A stretch of DNA of 59,172 bases, counting the filler. It is 4 parts of 4 records of this genome, joined end to end, with 100 filler letters (N's around TTAATTAATTAA, not from the genome) between each part and the next. Parts side by side here need not be neighbours in the genome. Positions count along the whole stretch, not along the records: positions 40,678 to 59,172 come from SRR2962707_942; 3 more parts are not named here. One strand, given 5' to 3'. Within the stretch, counting starts at the first letter, position 1. Each line of letters begins with the position of its first letter. Below the pieces are notes generated by a model. That model worked only from the letters and a program-made list of their open reading frames with translations. It was not told the DNA's origin and did no database searches. The position numbers and the translations under genes are program-made. Positions 41,717 to 51,352 of the stretch are shown piece after piece.

Positions 41717-42715
41717 TTACTTGATCATCTTAAGCGCGTTTTGCGCGAAGCTGGCGTCGTACTTTGGGTTGTCTTCCGGCTTCAGGATTTCTGCGTCCTT
41801 GAGGAACTTGGTGTAGGCATCAATGGTCGATGCTTCGGGGGCGACATCAAGGTTATAGACGGAAATCTTTTCCTTGATCGCAAACCGGATCACGTCTTCC
41901 GGAAAGCCGATTTCAGCGGCCCACATTTTGATGGCCTCATCTTCGTTCTTCAAAATGAAGTCGACGGCTTTCACGATGGCGGTGATCAGGTCCTGAACCA
42001 GATCAGGGTGCGAAGCGATGAAATCCTCACGCGCATAGACACCGTTACCGATGTAGTGGCCGGCTTTGATCGGCAGGATTTTTTCGGCCTTGATCAGGAC
42101 TTTTGCATTGCCGGATGCGAGTGCGCTGGAGACATGCGGGTCCCACGTAATGCCGGCATCGACACTTTTGTTGGCAATAAGGGTCGGGACATCCGAACCT
42201 TTGGTCTTAAACAGTTCGACGTCACCGATCTCAATGCCCGCATCGGCCAAAGCTTTGACCAGCAACGGGTATTGCTGCGAACCCTTGCCCGGGAAGGCAA
42301 TCTTTTTGCCCTTTAATTCACCGACGGATTTGATCGACGAGTCGGCCGGGATGATGATTGCGGTCTGCTCGAGAATCGAAATTGCCAACAATTTGGCAGG
42401 CAAGCGGGCAGCAGCGACAATCGCCGGACCCATGCCGGCGGACGCAATATGCAACTCGCCGGCGGCAAGTGCCTGGTTTTCCGGTGCGCCGTACGAGAAC
42501 ACTTTGAATTCAATCTTCACATCATGCTTTTTTTCTACTTCGTCGAGCGCACCCATGGCACGTGCGATGTAAATAGGCATGGTGGCCGGCTGGGTGCCGA
42601 AGTTAATGGTCTCTGTCGCCATGGCTGGATTGGTGTGTGCGCTCAGCGCTGCAACGGCAATCGTGCCGGCAACCACTGTCTTCATCGCAATATTCTTTAG
42701 GAATGTATGCAGCAT
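41717..42715 (-). CDS. ABC substrate-binding protein (SsuA/TauA/NMT1 family)
   Basis: Signal peptide, F-YGAP-NQAL, IKSVGELKGKKIA, DAGITWDP. Confidence 0.85.
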   Translation of the reverse strand: MLHTFLKNIAMKTVVAGTIAVAALSAHTNPAMATETINFGTQPATMPIYIARAMGALDEVEKKHDVKIEFKVFSYGAPENQALAAGELHIASAGMGPAIVAAARLPAKLLAISILEQTAIIIPADSSIKSVGELKGKKIAFPGKGSQQYPLLVKALADAGIEIGDVELFKTKGSDVPTLIANKSVDAGITWDPHVSSALASGNAKVLIKAEKILPIKAGHYIGNGVYAREDFIASHPDLVQDLITAIVKAVDFILKNEDEAIKMWAAEIGFPEDVIRFAIKEKISVYNLDVAPEASTIDAYTKFLKDAEILKPEDNPKYDASFAQNALKMIK

Positions 42716-42862
42716 CTTAGCTCTCCCTGCATGTTATAGGTGAACAGTCGATACCGGATTTTTTTGCTTTTAATCATGTTTGGTACGACCGGGTCTTTGG
42801 ACCTGCAATAAACTTAGATGACCTTGCCTGACAGGATTCCGGGTCCTGAGCGCACTGTCAAT

Positions 42863-42891
42863 AAAAACTGTGACGTGACGTCACAGTTTTT
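42863..42891. promoter_or_regulatory. Palindrome: candidate IclR operator (may double as terminator of the IclR gene)
   Basis: AAAAACTGTGACG-TGA-CGTCACAGTTTTT, adjacent to a minus-strand TTGACA (42856-42861); core repeated at 43710-43724. Confidence 0.65.
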
Positions 42892-42893
42892 GT

Positions 42894-43670
42894 TTACTTG
42901 GCTGTCGATTCAAACATGGATTTCCCGATCTGATCCGCGGCATCGCGGAATAGATCCAGGTGCTCGATGGCTTTGGATATGGAAAATCGGGGTTCGGGGG
43001 CGTGCACCCCGAGACCGGCGATGACGTCACCTTGCGGGTCATGCACCGGCACTGCCATGGCGATCAGGCCGATCGCATCTTCCTGCTGATTGATTGAATA
43101 GCCCTGCGCCGCAATCTGTTCCAACTGTGCTTCCAGATGCGCCGGGTCGGTGATCGTGTATTTTGTGTACTTCCTCAAGGGTGCGCCATGTAAAAGTCGC
43201 CGCCGGCCGTCCTCATCAAGGTACGCCAGCATCAGCTTGCCGATTGCCGTGCAATGTACCGGCACGTGGCTGCCGGCCTTTAATTGCACGCGTAACGGCC
43301 AGTCACACTCAACGCGGTCAATATAAATGATCTCGTGCCCATCGAGCATGCCGACATTGCAGGTTTCATTCACCATCTCGACGAGGTTTTTCAGAATTGC
43401 ATGGGTGCCGCGTGTACTTTGCGATGAAGAAATGGTGCGGAGCGCCAATGTGCGCAGGCGTGCACCGGCTGTATAGCGTTCCCGGCTTGGGTCCTTGGTT
43501 AGCAACTTGAGATCTTCGAGTTGCCGGATCACCCGATGTACGGTCTGGCGGGGCAGGCCGATCTCTTCAGAAATATCGATCACACTCATCGGTCGGATGT
43601 CGCCGGTGACGATCTCAAGTACGGCGAGCGCTTTTTGAATTGCTGAGTTTGTTTCTCGTTGTTCCGTCAT
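42894..43670 (-). CDS. IclR family transcriptional regulator
   Basis: SAIQKALAVLE, HTH LPRQTVHR, ETCNVG, PVHCTAIGK, GYS...G-IAMAVPV; GAGG RBS. Confidence 0.93.
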   Translation of the reverse strand: MTEQRETNSAIQKALAVLEIVTGDIRPMSVIDISEEIGLPRQTVHRVIRQLEDLKLLTKDPSRERYTAGARLRTLALRTISSSQSTRGTHAILKNLVEMVNETCNVGMLDGHEIIYIDRVECDWPLRVQLKAGSHVPVHCTAIGKLMLAYLDEDGRRRLLHGAPLRKYTKYTITDPAHLEAQLEQIAAQGYSINQQEDAIGLIAMAVPVHDPQGDVIAGLGVHAPEPRFSISKAIEHLDLFRDAADQIGKSMFESTAK

Positions 43671-43709
43671 CGCAACCTCGATCATGCTGATAAGATTTGA
43701 GCAATAAAC

Positions 43710-43724
43710 GTGACGTGATGTCAC
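43710..43724. promoter_or_regulatory. Second copy of candidate IclR operator (autoregulation)
   Basis: GTGACGTGATGTCAC, 14/15 identical to GTGACGTGACGTCAC at 42870-42884; 40 nt upstream of the IclR ATG. Confidence 0.6.
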
Positions 43725-44022
43725 TAAAAATATTTCCAAATGGTTCAATTGGCCGCTGGTCAATGACGCGCCGTACTGCTGAAATTGATGCAGCCCGTTT
43801 GAGTTAATTTGGGTGGGATACACCTGGACGATGTATCCCTGGGCGCCGGTTTTCTATCCTTCAGGGATAAATAGTCGTGCATGCGCGGAACGGCTAAAGA
43901 CTGGCATTTCAGCGCTCAATCTGTATAACCCCACCTTGATGTTGCAATGCGGGATCGCGAAGTCCGGGGGCGGGCATTATTCATGCCCTCAGCGATGACA
44001 TTTATAAATTTACGAGGTAGCT

Positions 44023-46188
44023 ATGACCGAACGCGTACAGAACAGTGGCTTGCAGATCGACAAGACGCTTTTTGATTTTGTGAATGATGACGTCCTGCCC
44101 GGGATCGGCATTTCAGCCGATGATTTTTGGGGCAAACTGGCGGAGATCGTTCACGATCTGACGCCGACGAACCGGGCGCTTCTGGAAAAACGCGACGCGT
44201 TGCAACAGCAGATTGATGCCTGGCATCGCGACAACAAGGGTGCGCCGTCGGATATGGCTGCCTACAAGGCGTTCCTTACCGAAATCGGCTATCTGGTTCC
44301 CGAAGGGGATGATTTTTCGATCACGACGTCGAACGTCGACCCGGAAATCTCGACCATCGCCGGGCCCCAGCTTGTGGTGCCGCTGACCAACGCCCGTTAT
44401 GCCCTGAACGCCGCCAACGCCCGCTGGGGCAGCCTGTATGATGCGCTTTACGGCACCGACGCCATTTCGTCGGATGACGGCTGCGAGATCACCAGGGACT
44501 TCAACCCGAAGCGCGGCGCCAAGGTGATCGCCTGGGCGCGTGATTTCCTCGACAAAAACGCCCCGCTGGCAAGCGGCTCGCACGCCGACAGTGCCGGCTA
44601 CAGGATTGATGACGGCTCGCTGGTCGTCACCCTGAAGGACGGATCGGAATCCGGCCTCGACGTGCCGGAAGACCTTGCCGGTTATACCGGCAGCGCCGCC
44701 GAACCTGCATCCGTGCTGTTCGTCAACAATGGCCTGCATTTCGAAATCGTCATCGACCGCGATCATTTCATCGGCAAGGACGATGCCGCCGGTATCGCCG
44801 ATCTGATCATGGAATCCGCGATCACCACGATCATGGACTGCGAGGATTCGGTCGCCGCCGTCGACGGTGAAGAAAAGACGCTGGTTTACCGCAACTGGCT
44901 CGGCCTGATGAAGGGCGATCTCAAGGCCAGTTTCGAAAAAGGCGGCAAGACCGTTGAACGCGCTTTGAACCCGGATCGCAAATACACAACCCCGGGCGGC
45001 GGTGATGTCACGCTGTCGGCACGGTCGATGCTGCTGGTCCGCAACGTCGGTCATCTGATGACGACACCGGCGGTGCTGGACGCGGACGGCAACGAAGTCT
45101 TCGAAGGTCTGCTGGACTGCATGGTGACGGCAGCCATCGCCAAATTCGATCTCGACGGGATCGGTGAATTCCGGAACTCGCACACCGGGTCCATGTACAT
45201 CGTGAAACCGAAAATGCACGGACCGGAAGAAGTGGCATTTGCCGCGGAAACCTGTGCGCGGGTCGAAACGGCCCTCGGCATCCAGCCGGGTGCGCTCAAG
45301 CTCGGTATCATGGACGAGGAACGCCGCACCACGGTCAACCTCAAGGAATGCATCCGCGCCGTCAGGGACCGGGTGGTGTTCATCAACACCGGCTTCCTGG
45401 ACCGTACCGGTGACGAAATTCATACCTCGATGGAAGCGGGTCCGATGATCCGCAAGGGCGATATGAAACAGGCTGCCTGGATCACCGCCTATGAAGACTG
45501 GAACGTCGACATCGGTCTGCTGTGCGGGCTCAAGGGCAAGGCGCAGATCGGCAAAGGGATGTGGGCCATGCCCGACCTGATGCACGACATGCTCGAGATC
45601 AAGATCGGTCATCCCAAGGCCGGCGCCAACACGGCGTGGGTGCCCTCGCCGACGGCGGCGACCCTGCATGCGACGCACTACCATCAGGTCGTCGTTTCGG
45701 AGATCCAGGAGCAGCTCAAATCCCGTGAACGGGCGAGCCTCAACGACATCCTGTCCTATCCTGTGGCGGAGCGGCCGAACTGGTCGGCGGAAGATATCCA
45801 GGCCGAACTGGACAACAACGCGCAGGGAATTCTGGGCTATGTGGTGCGCTGGATTGATCAGGGTGTCGGCTGCTCCAAAGTGCCCGACATCAACAACGTC
45901 GGGCTGATGGAAGACCGTGCCACGCTGCGGATTTCGTCCCAGCACATCGCCAACTGGCTGCATCACGGTATCTGCACCGAAGATCAGGTGATGGAAACCA
46001 TGAAGCGCATGGCGGCGGTCGTCGACGAACAGAACGCGGGCGATGCGGCATATACGCCGATGGCGCCGGGATTTGATGGGATTGCCTTCAAGGCGGCATG
46101 TGATCTGGTGTTCAAGGGCCGCGAACAGCCGAGCGGGTATACCGAACCGATCCTGCATGGTCGTCGTCTTGAGCTGAAGGCGCACTAA
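44023..46188 (+). CDS. glcB: Malate synthase G
   Basis: [70 protein letters not shown]. Confidence 0.97.
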   Translation: MTERVQNSGLQIDKTLFDFVNDDVLPGIGISADDFWGKLAEIVHDLTPTNRALLEKRDALQQQIDAWHRDNKGAPSDMAAYKAFLTEIGYLVPEGDDFSITTSNVDPEISTIAGPQLVVPLTNARYALNAANARWGSLYDALYGTDAISSDDGCEITRDFNPKRGAKVIAWARDFLDKNAPLASGSHADSAGYRIDDGSLVVTLKDGSESGLDVPEDLAGYTGSAAEPASVLFVNNGLHFEIVIDRDHFIGKDDAAGIADLIMESAITTIMDCEDSVAAVDGEEKTLVYRNWLGLMKGDLKASFEKGGKTVERALNPDRKYTTPGGGDVTLSARSMLLVRNVGHLMTTPAVLDADGNEVFEGLLDCMVTAAIAKFDLDGIGEFRNSHTGSMYIVKPKMHGPEEVAFAAETCARVETALGIQPGALKLGIMDEERRTTVNLKECIRAVRDRVVFINTGFLDRTGDEIHTSMEAGPMIRKGDMKQAAWITAYEDWNVDIGLLCGLKGKAQIGKGMWAMPDLMHDMLEIKIGHPKAGANTAWVPSPTAATLHATHYHQVVVSEIQEQLKSRERASLNDILSYPVAERPNWSAEDIQAELDNNAQGILGYVVRWIDQGVGCSKVPDINNVGLMEDRATLRISSQHIANWLHHGICTEDQVMETMKRMAAVVDEQNAGDAAYTPMAPGFDGIAFKAACDLVFKGREQPSGYTEPILHGRRLELKAH

Positions 46189-46209
46189 GGCATCACTTTG
46201 ATTGAATGG

Positions 46210-46242
46210 AACAAGCCGGGCTTTCGCCCGGCTTGTTTGTTT
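46210..46242 (+). terminator. Rho-independent terminator of glcB
   Basis: AACAAGCCGGGC-TTTC-GCCCGGCTTGTT followed by TGTTT. Confidence 0.85.
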
Positions 46243-46295
46243 GGACCGCCAACCCATGCATGCTGGCGCTCCGCACGACCGTATACTTAAAGATC

Positions 46296-46340
46296 GAACA
46301 TCGATAATTGAAATCGATAGAATCTATTCCCATAATAGGT
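46296..46340. promoter_or_regulatory. Candidate OxyR/LysR binding region
   Basis: ATCGATAATTGAAATCGATAGAATCTATTCCCATAATAG: repeated ATAG/CTAT-like tetramers immediately upstream of oxyR. Confidence 0.55.
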
Positions 46341-46366
46341 TTTGACGATTTAGGAGATGCCCGCCC

Positions 46367-47278
46367 ATGAACCTGCGTGACCTGGAATATGTCGTTGCCG
46401 TCGCCGAGGAAGGACATTTCGGCCGCGCGTCCGAACGCTGCCATGTCTCGCAGCCGGCATTGAGCGGGCAGATCAAGAAACTCGAAGATCAACTGCGCGT
46501 GCAGTTGTTCGAGCGGACCAATCGCCGTGTCGCGTTGACCCCGATCGGCGCCGAGGTGGTTGAAAAGGCAAAACGCGCCCTGATGATCGCTGACGAAATC
46601 CGCGATGCCGCAGCCGCTTCGGCGGACCCGCTGTCGGGGACCCTGCGTTTCGGGACGATCCCGACCATCGGGCCGTATCTGCTGCCGTCTATTTTACGCC
46701 CGCTGAAAGCGGCACTGCCCAACATGCAGCTGACCATCAGCGAAGACTTCACGCATAATCTGGAACACAGGCTGAGCATCGGTGACATTGATGTCGCGGT
46801 GACGGCCACGGAAATACGCGAGTCCGGTCTCAGCGAGATACTTTTATATGACGAGCCCTTCCGCGTGGCCCTGCCGGAAGGCCATCCGCTGGATACGGGA
46901 AAAGCCATCGATGTGACCTCGCTCGACGGGGCCGAACTGTTGTTGCTCAAGGACGGTCATTGTCTGAGCGATCAGGTAGCCCAGCTTTGTGGCCTGGCCC
47001 GCAAGAGCAAGGTCAACGGACTGGATACCCAGGCATCAAGCCTGGAAACAATCGTCGGCCTGGTTGCCGCCGGTGCCGGGATCACGTTCCTGCCGGTCTC
47101 GATGACCGGGGATCAGGGGTCCTTCCGGCCCGGGATATCCATCAGCAAGGCCACGAACAAGGCTGCCCGGAGGAAGGTCCGCATGATTTTCCGGGAAACC
47201 TTTCCGAAACGAGCTATGCTGGCCGCGATGTCCGCCGTCATCGGCGAGCATCTGCCGCCCGGCGTTACCGCGATCTGA
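46367..47278 (+). CDS. oxyR: Hydrogen peroxide-inducible LysR regulator OxyR
   Basis: MNLRDLEY...HFGRASERCHVSQPALS, IPTIGPYLLP, redox pair GHCLSDQVAQLC, SLET. Confidence 0.88.
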   Translation: MNLRDLEYVVAVAEEGHFGRASERCHVSQPALSGQIKKLEDQLRVQLFERTNRRVALTPIGAEVVEKAKRALMIADEIRDAAAASADPLSGTLRFGTIPTIGPYLLPSILRPLKAALPNMQLTISEDFTHNLEHRLSIGDIDVAVTATEIRESGLSEILLYDEPFRVALPEGHPLDTGKAIDVTSLDGAELLLLKDGHCLSDQVAQLCGLARKSKVNGLDTQASSLETIVGLVAAGAGITFLPVSMTGDQGSFRPGISISKATNKAARRKVRMIFRETFPKRAMLAAMSAVIGEHLPPGVTAI

Positions 47279-47283
47279 TCGGA

Positions 47284-47712
47284 TTACTTTTTCAGGCTTG
47301 AAGTGACGGTGAGTCCGACGCCTTCGATGCCGGCGACGGCGGCCAGTTCGTCATTACCTGAATTGTCGCCGCTGATACCGACGGCACCGACAATGATACC
47401 GTTGCCGTCGCGGATCAGCACGCCACCCGGCACCGGCACCATGCGCCCGCCGGACGCGGCGGCGACGGCACTCAGGAAGACCGGATTCTTTTCCTTGAGC
47501 GCCCGCCCGTCGAGACCGAAGCCGAGCGCGCCGTAGGCTTTGCCCATGGCGATTTCCGGGCGGAGGATGCCGCTGTTGTCCTGGCGCTTGAACGCCACCA
47601 GATGCCCGCCGGCATCCAGCACCGCGATGGTCAGCGGGTCGAACGCATTGTCGGCGGCGTATGCCAGCGCACCATCGACAATACGGCTCGCCTGATCGAG
47701 TGTCAGCGTCAT
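47284..47712 (-). CDS. GlcG/HbpS family heme-binding protein
   Basis: IAVLDAGGHL, IAMGKAY, GGVLI, GAVGISG...DE. Confidence 0.9.
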   Translation of the reverse strand: MTLTLDQASRIVDGALAYAADNAFDPLTIAVLDAGGHLVAFKRQDNSGILRPEIAMGKAYGALGFGLDGRALKEKNPVFLSAVAAASGGRMVPVPGGVLIRDGNGIIVGAVGISGDNSGNDELAAVAGIEGVGLTVTSSLKK

Positions 47713-47724
47713 GAGCGTGTCTCC

Positions 47725-48930
47725 TTATTCCTTAAGGGCATCGCCGAGATAGGCGGTGGCGGCGGCAATGCCGCCTTTCGATTCGTCGTCGGTCAGCCCC
47801 AGCACATCAAGGGCGATTTCCAGTGCGCCCAGCGTGCCCAGCATCATCGGTGCATTCACATGCCCCATGTGGGCGACGCGGAATGCCTTGCCGGACAACT
47901 CGCCGATCCCGAGACCGAGGGTCACGCCGAGCTTGTCGAAACAGAACGAGCGGATCGGTTCAGGCCTGAGATCCTCGCGCAGTTTCAGCGTGGTCACCGA
48001 AGGTGAGCGTTCGGCGGGTTCGGTGATATTGAAATCGAACGCACCGCCCCGGCGCCAGACCTCGATGGCGGCGTGGGTGGCACCGGCCAGCAGCGCGTGA
48101 CGGTTGAAGATATGCTCGAGTCCTTCTTCGAAGATCATGTCCATGGCTTTGCGCAGACCGAACAGAAGGTGCACCGGCGGGGTGCCGCAGAACTTGCGGT
48201 AGTGCTCTTCCATGTCACGGGTTTCCCAATCCCAGTAGGACGAGCGCAACCCGGCGTTCTTGTGGCAGGCCTTGGCTTTCGGGCCGGCGGCGACAAAGCT
48301 CAGACCCGGCGGTGTCATCAGGCCCTTCTGCGATCCGCCGACCGCGAGGTCGACCCCCCATGCGTCCATCTCGAACGGCATGCAGGCCAGCGAGGCGATG
48401 GTGTCGACCATCAGCAGGGCATCGTGCCCGGCGGCGTCCATGGCGTCGCGGATCGCCTTGATGTCGTTGACGCAACCGCTGGCGGTGTCGATCTGGACGA
48501 CGAGGACGGCCTTGATCCGGCCCTCGGTGTCGGCGCGCAGCGCGGCTTCGACTTTCTCCGGATCGACGGCGCGGCGCCAGTCCCCGGCAAGGCTTTGAAT
48601 CTCGACACCCATCGAGCGGGCCATTTCACCCCAGCCGACGGCGAAGCGGCCGCTTTCCAGGATCAGAACAGTGTCTCCGGCGCTGAGCACGTTTGAAACC
48701 GCGCCCTCCCACGCGCCATGACCGTTGGCGACATATATGTATGTGTCGCCCGCGGTCCTGAAGATGGCTTTCAGGTCCTTGAGGCAGCTTGTCGTGATGC
48801 CGAGCAGTTCGCCGCCGCCCTCGCCGCCATAGATATCGATGGCAGGGCGGTGCATCGCGCTCAGGACTTCATCGGGGACCGTTGTCGGTCCGGGAATGCT
48901 GAGGAACAGTCGTCCGTTACGAAGCGTCAT
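47725..48930 (-). CDS. Class V PLP aminotransferase (serine/alanine-glyoxylate transaminase family)
   Basis: IPGPT, NGHGAWE, GRFA-GW, DTASG, VDTIASL, GSQKGLMTPPG (PLP Lys), FRVAHMG. Confidence 0.9.
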   Translation of the reverse strand: MTLRNGRLFLSIPGPTTVPDEVLSAMHRPAIDIYGGEGGGELLGITTSCLKDLKAIFRTAGDTYIYVANGHGAWEGAVSNVLSAGDTVLILESGRFAVGWGEMARSMGVEIQSLAGDWRRAVDPEKVEAALRADTEGRIKAVLVVQIDTASGCVNDIKAIRDAMDAAGHDALLMVDTIASLACMPFEMDAWGVDLAVGGSQKGLMTPPGLSFVAAGPKAKACHKNAGLRSSYWDWETRDMEEHYRKFCGTPPVHLLFGLRKAMDMIFEEGLEHIFNRHALLAGATHAAIEVWRRGGAFDFNITEPAERSPSVTTLKLREDLRPEPIRSFCFDKLGVTLGLGIGELSGKAFRVAHMGHVNAPMMLGTLGALEIALDVLGLTDDESKGGIAAATAYLGDALKE

Positions 48931-49090
48931 GTTGAAACTCTGATGTGCGTGGTCGGAATAACGGGCTTGATCCTTCCCGACGGGCGCGGACTTGTCCAGA
49001 ACCTAAATCCGTCCTGAGACACGATCCACAAGCAGAGATTGCGTCAGCGGATGCTGGCGTTAAAGTAATATCCAAAACCGGGAGGACTTC

Positions 49091-50686
49091 ATGGAATTCG
49101 ATTTCGTTATCGTCGGCGGTGGCTCTGCCGGATGCGTTCTGGCCAACCGTCTGAGCGCGGACCCGCATTATACGGCCTGCCTTTTGGAAGCCGGCGGCGA
49201 GGACCGGAACCCGCTGATCCATATCCCGGCGGGATACGTGAAGACGATGGTCGATCCGGCCATCAACTGGATGTTCGATACCAGTCCGCATGAAAAAACC
49301 GGCAACCGTGCAATCCCGGTGCCGCGCGGCAAGGTGCTGGGCGGCTCCAGTGCGATCAACGGCATGCTGTATGTCCGGGGACAGGCCGCCGATTACGATA
49401 CCTGGGGCCAGATGGGCTGCCGGGGCTGGTCATTTTCGGACGTGCTGCCGTACTTCAAGCGCTCGGAAAACCGCGAACAGGGTGCGGACGACTATCACGG
49501 CACCGGGGGACCGTTGAACGTCACCATGCCGACGCAGACGTATGACACGCTCGATAAAATCATCGAATCCGGGGGCGAACTCGGCTACCCGATGAATGTC
49601 GATTACAACGGCGCCGATCAGGAAGGCTTTGCCTATTATCAGGTGACGCAACGGCACGGGCGGCGCTTCAGCGCCAAGAATGCGTATCTGGATCCGGTTC
49701 GGGGCCGGCGCAAGAACCTCCATGTAGAAACCCATGCCTTTGCAGGACGGGTGCTGGTCGAAAACGGCCGGGCCGTCGGCGTGGCGTACATGAAGCACGG
49801 CAAGGAACACATCGTCCGCGCCCGCAAGGAAGTGATCTTGGCGGCCGGGGCGGTGCAGTCGCCGCAATTGCTGGAACTGTCGGGGATCGGGCAGGGGGAA
49901 TTGCTGCAGAAACTCGGTGTCGACGTCGTGCACGAACTCAAAGGCGTCGGTGAGAACCTCCAGGATCATTATATTTCCCGCCTGTCATGGCGGCTCAGCG
50001 GTCTCGACAGCTTGAACCAGCTGACGCGCGGCCCGCGGCTTCTCATGGAGGCCTTCAGGTTTTTCATGCAGCGCACCGGCGCCCTGACCATGCCCGCCGG
50101 TATCATTGCCGGGTTTGTGAAAAGCCGCCCCGAACTGCAGGACCCGGACATCCAGTTCCATATCGCGCATGCGTCCTTTGCCAATCCCAACAAACGGGTC
50201 TTCGACAGGTTTCCGGGGATGACCATCGGCCCGTGCCAGCTTCGCCCGGAAAGCCGGGGCCATATCCATGCGACGTCACCGGACATGGCCGCAAAGCCGG
50301 ACATTCAGCCGAATTTCCTGTCCACCCGGACAGATTGCGAGGTCCACGTTGCGGGTCTGAAGATCGGCCGGCAGCTGATGGCGACCAGTATCATGGGACC
50401 GCATGCCGCCGAGGAACTGTCTCCCGGCAAGGGCGTCGTTGATGACGAGGCCCTGCTGGAACATGCCCGTAAGACCGGCGCGACCCTCTATCACCCGGTC
50501 GGTACCTGCAAGATGGGAACCGACGCCATGGCCGTTGTCGATCCGGCGCTGAAGGTGATTGGCCTGGACGGGCTGCGGGTCGCCGATGCCTCGATCATGC
50601 CAAACCTAATCAGCGGCAATACCAATGCGCCGACAATGATGATTGCCGAAAAAGCCTCGGACATGATTCTCGCCGACGCACGTTAG
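49091..50686 (+). CDS. GMC family FAD oxidoreductase (choline dehydrogenase-like)
   Basis: VGGGSAG, RGKVLGGSSAING, GENLQDH, YHPVGTCKMG, GLRVADAS, SGNTNAP. Confidence 0.93.
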   Translation: MEFDFVIVGGGSAGCVLANRLSADPHYTACLLEAGGEDRNPLIHIPAGYVKTMVDPAINWMFDTSPHEKTGNRAIPVPRGKVLGGSSAINGMLYVRGQAADYDTWGQMGCRGWSFSDVLPYFKRSENREQGADDYHGTGGPLNVTMPTQTYDTLDKIIESGGELGYPMNVDYNGADQEGFAYYQVTQRHGRRFSAKNAYLDPVRGRRKNLHVETHAFAGRVLVENGRAVGVAYMKHGKEHIVRARKEVILAAGAVQSPQLLELSGIGQGELLQKLGVDVVHELKGVGENLQDHYISRLSWRLSGLDSLNQLTRGPRLLMEAFRFFMQRTGALTMPAGIIAGFVKSRPELQDPDIQFHIAHASFANPNKRVFDRFPGMTIGPCQLRPESRGHIHATSPDMAAKPDIQPNFLSTRTDCEVHVAGLKIGRQLMATSIMGPHAAEELSPGKGVVDDEALLEHARKTGATLYHPVGTCKMGTDAMAVVDPALKVIGLDGLRVADASIMPNLISGNTNAPTMMIAEKASDMILADAR

Positions 50687-50694
50687 GCGCAACC

Positions 50695-50740
50695 CCTCAT
50701 CCTGAGGAACCTGCGCAGGCAGGTGTCTCGAAGGATGAGG
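50695..50740. repeat. REP-like palindromic element between convergent genes
   Basis: CCTCATCCT-GAG-gaACCTGC-gcag-GCAGGT-gt-CTC-ga-AGGATGAGG nested inverted repeat. Confidence 0.65.
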
Positions 50741-50752
50741 CTGTCAGGGCCG

Positions 50753-51352
50753 CTATTTCGTCAGATCTTCCGGAGTGTCGATATCCAGAATGGTGCCGGG
50801 GTCATCGACGGTAACGGCGCGGACCCGTTCCGGATGCGCCTTGAGAATACCGCGTGCGCCTTCGTCCCCGCTGAGAGCGCGCAGCCGGGTAAAATACCGC
50901 GCGGCGAACAGCACCGGATGACCGCGCTTGCCGTCAAACACCGGCACGATGATGTCATGGCCGCCGTTGGGATTGAGCGCCCCAAGCAGTGTCAGGATGG
51001 TTTCCGCTTTCAGTTCCGGCATGTCGCCGAGGATCACGAACATCGCCTGGGCATCGCCCTTGATGGCGTTGGCGCCGGTCGCCAACGAGGTCCCCATGCC
51101 CGCCCACGGCGTCGCATTGCGGGCGCAGCGGACGTCCAGACCCTGCAGGGCGCGTTCGACGTCGTCGGCGTCATGGCCGGTGACGACCACCACGTCGCCA
51201 AGGCCCGCCGCCAGCACATGAAGGACGGTGCAGCGGATCATCGGTTCGCCCGACAGATCATGCAGCATCTTGTTTTCGGCGCCGAACCGCTGCGAACTGC
51301 CGGCCGCAAGGACGATGGCGGCGGCATCGGTGGGTTTCAAAGTTGTGGTCAT
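50753..51352 (-). CDS. mocA: Molybdenum cofactor cytidylyltransferase (MocA-like)
   Basis: IVLAAGSSQRFG-ENK, GMGTSL, LGDMP, GHPVLF, GDEGAR, DIDTPED. Confidence 0.88.
   Translation of the reverse strand: MTTTLKPTDAAAIVLAAGSSQRFGAENKMLHDLSGEPMIRCTVLHVLAAGLGDVVVVTGHDADDVERALQGLDVRCARNATPWAGMGTSLATGANAIKGDAQAMFVILGDMPELKAETILTLLGALNPNGGHDIIVPVFDGKRGHPVLFAARYFTRLRALSGDEGARGILKAHPERVRAVTVDDPGTILDIDTPEDLTK

Noticed and set aside
44113..46257. 714-aa antisense ORF over glcB and similar long shadow ORFs (7995-9107, 27358-28584, 51931-53187, 57692-59086)
   Set aside because: Antisense frames of GC3-rich genes naturally lack stops; the opposite strand carries clear conserved proteins
42894..48930. Beta-hydroxyaspartate cycle (BhcR IclR + BhcA aminotransferase)
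   Set aside because: bhcB/C/D absent; IclR is tied to the ABC transporter and lies 4 kb from the aminotransferase
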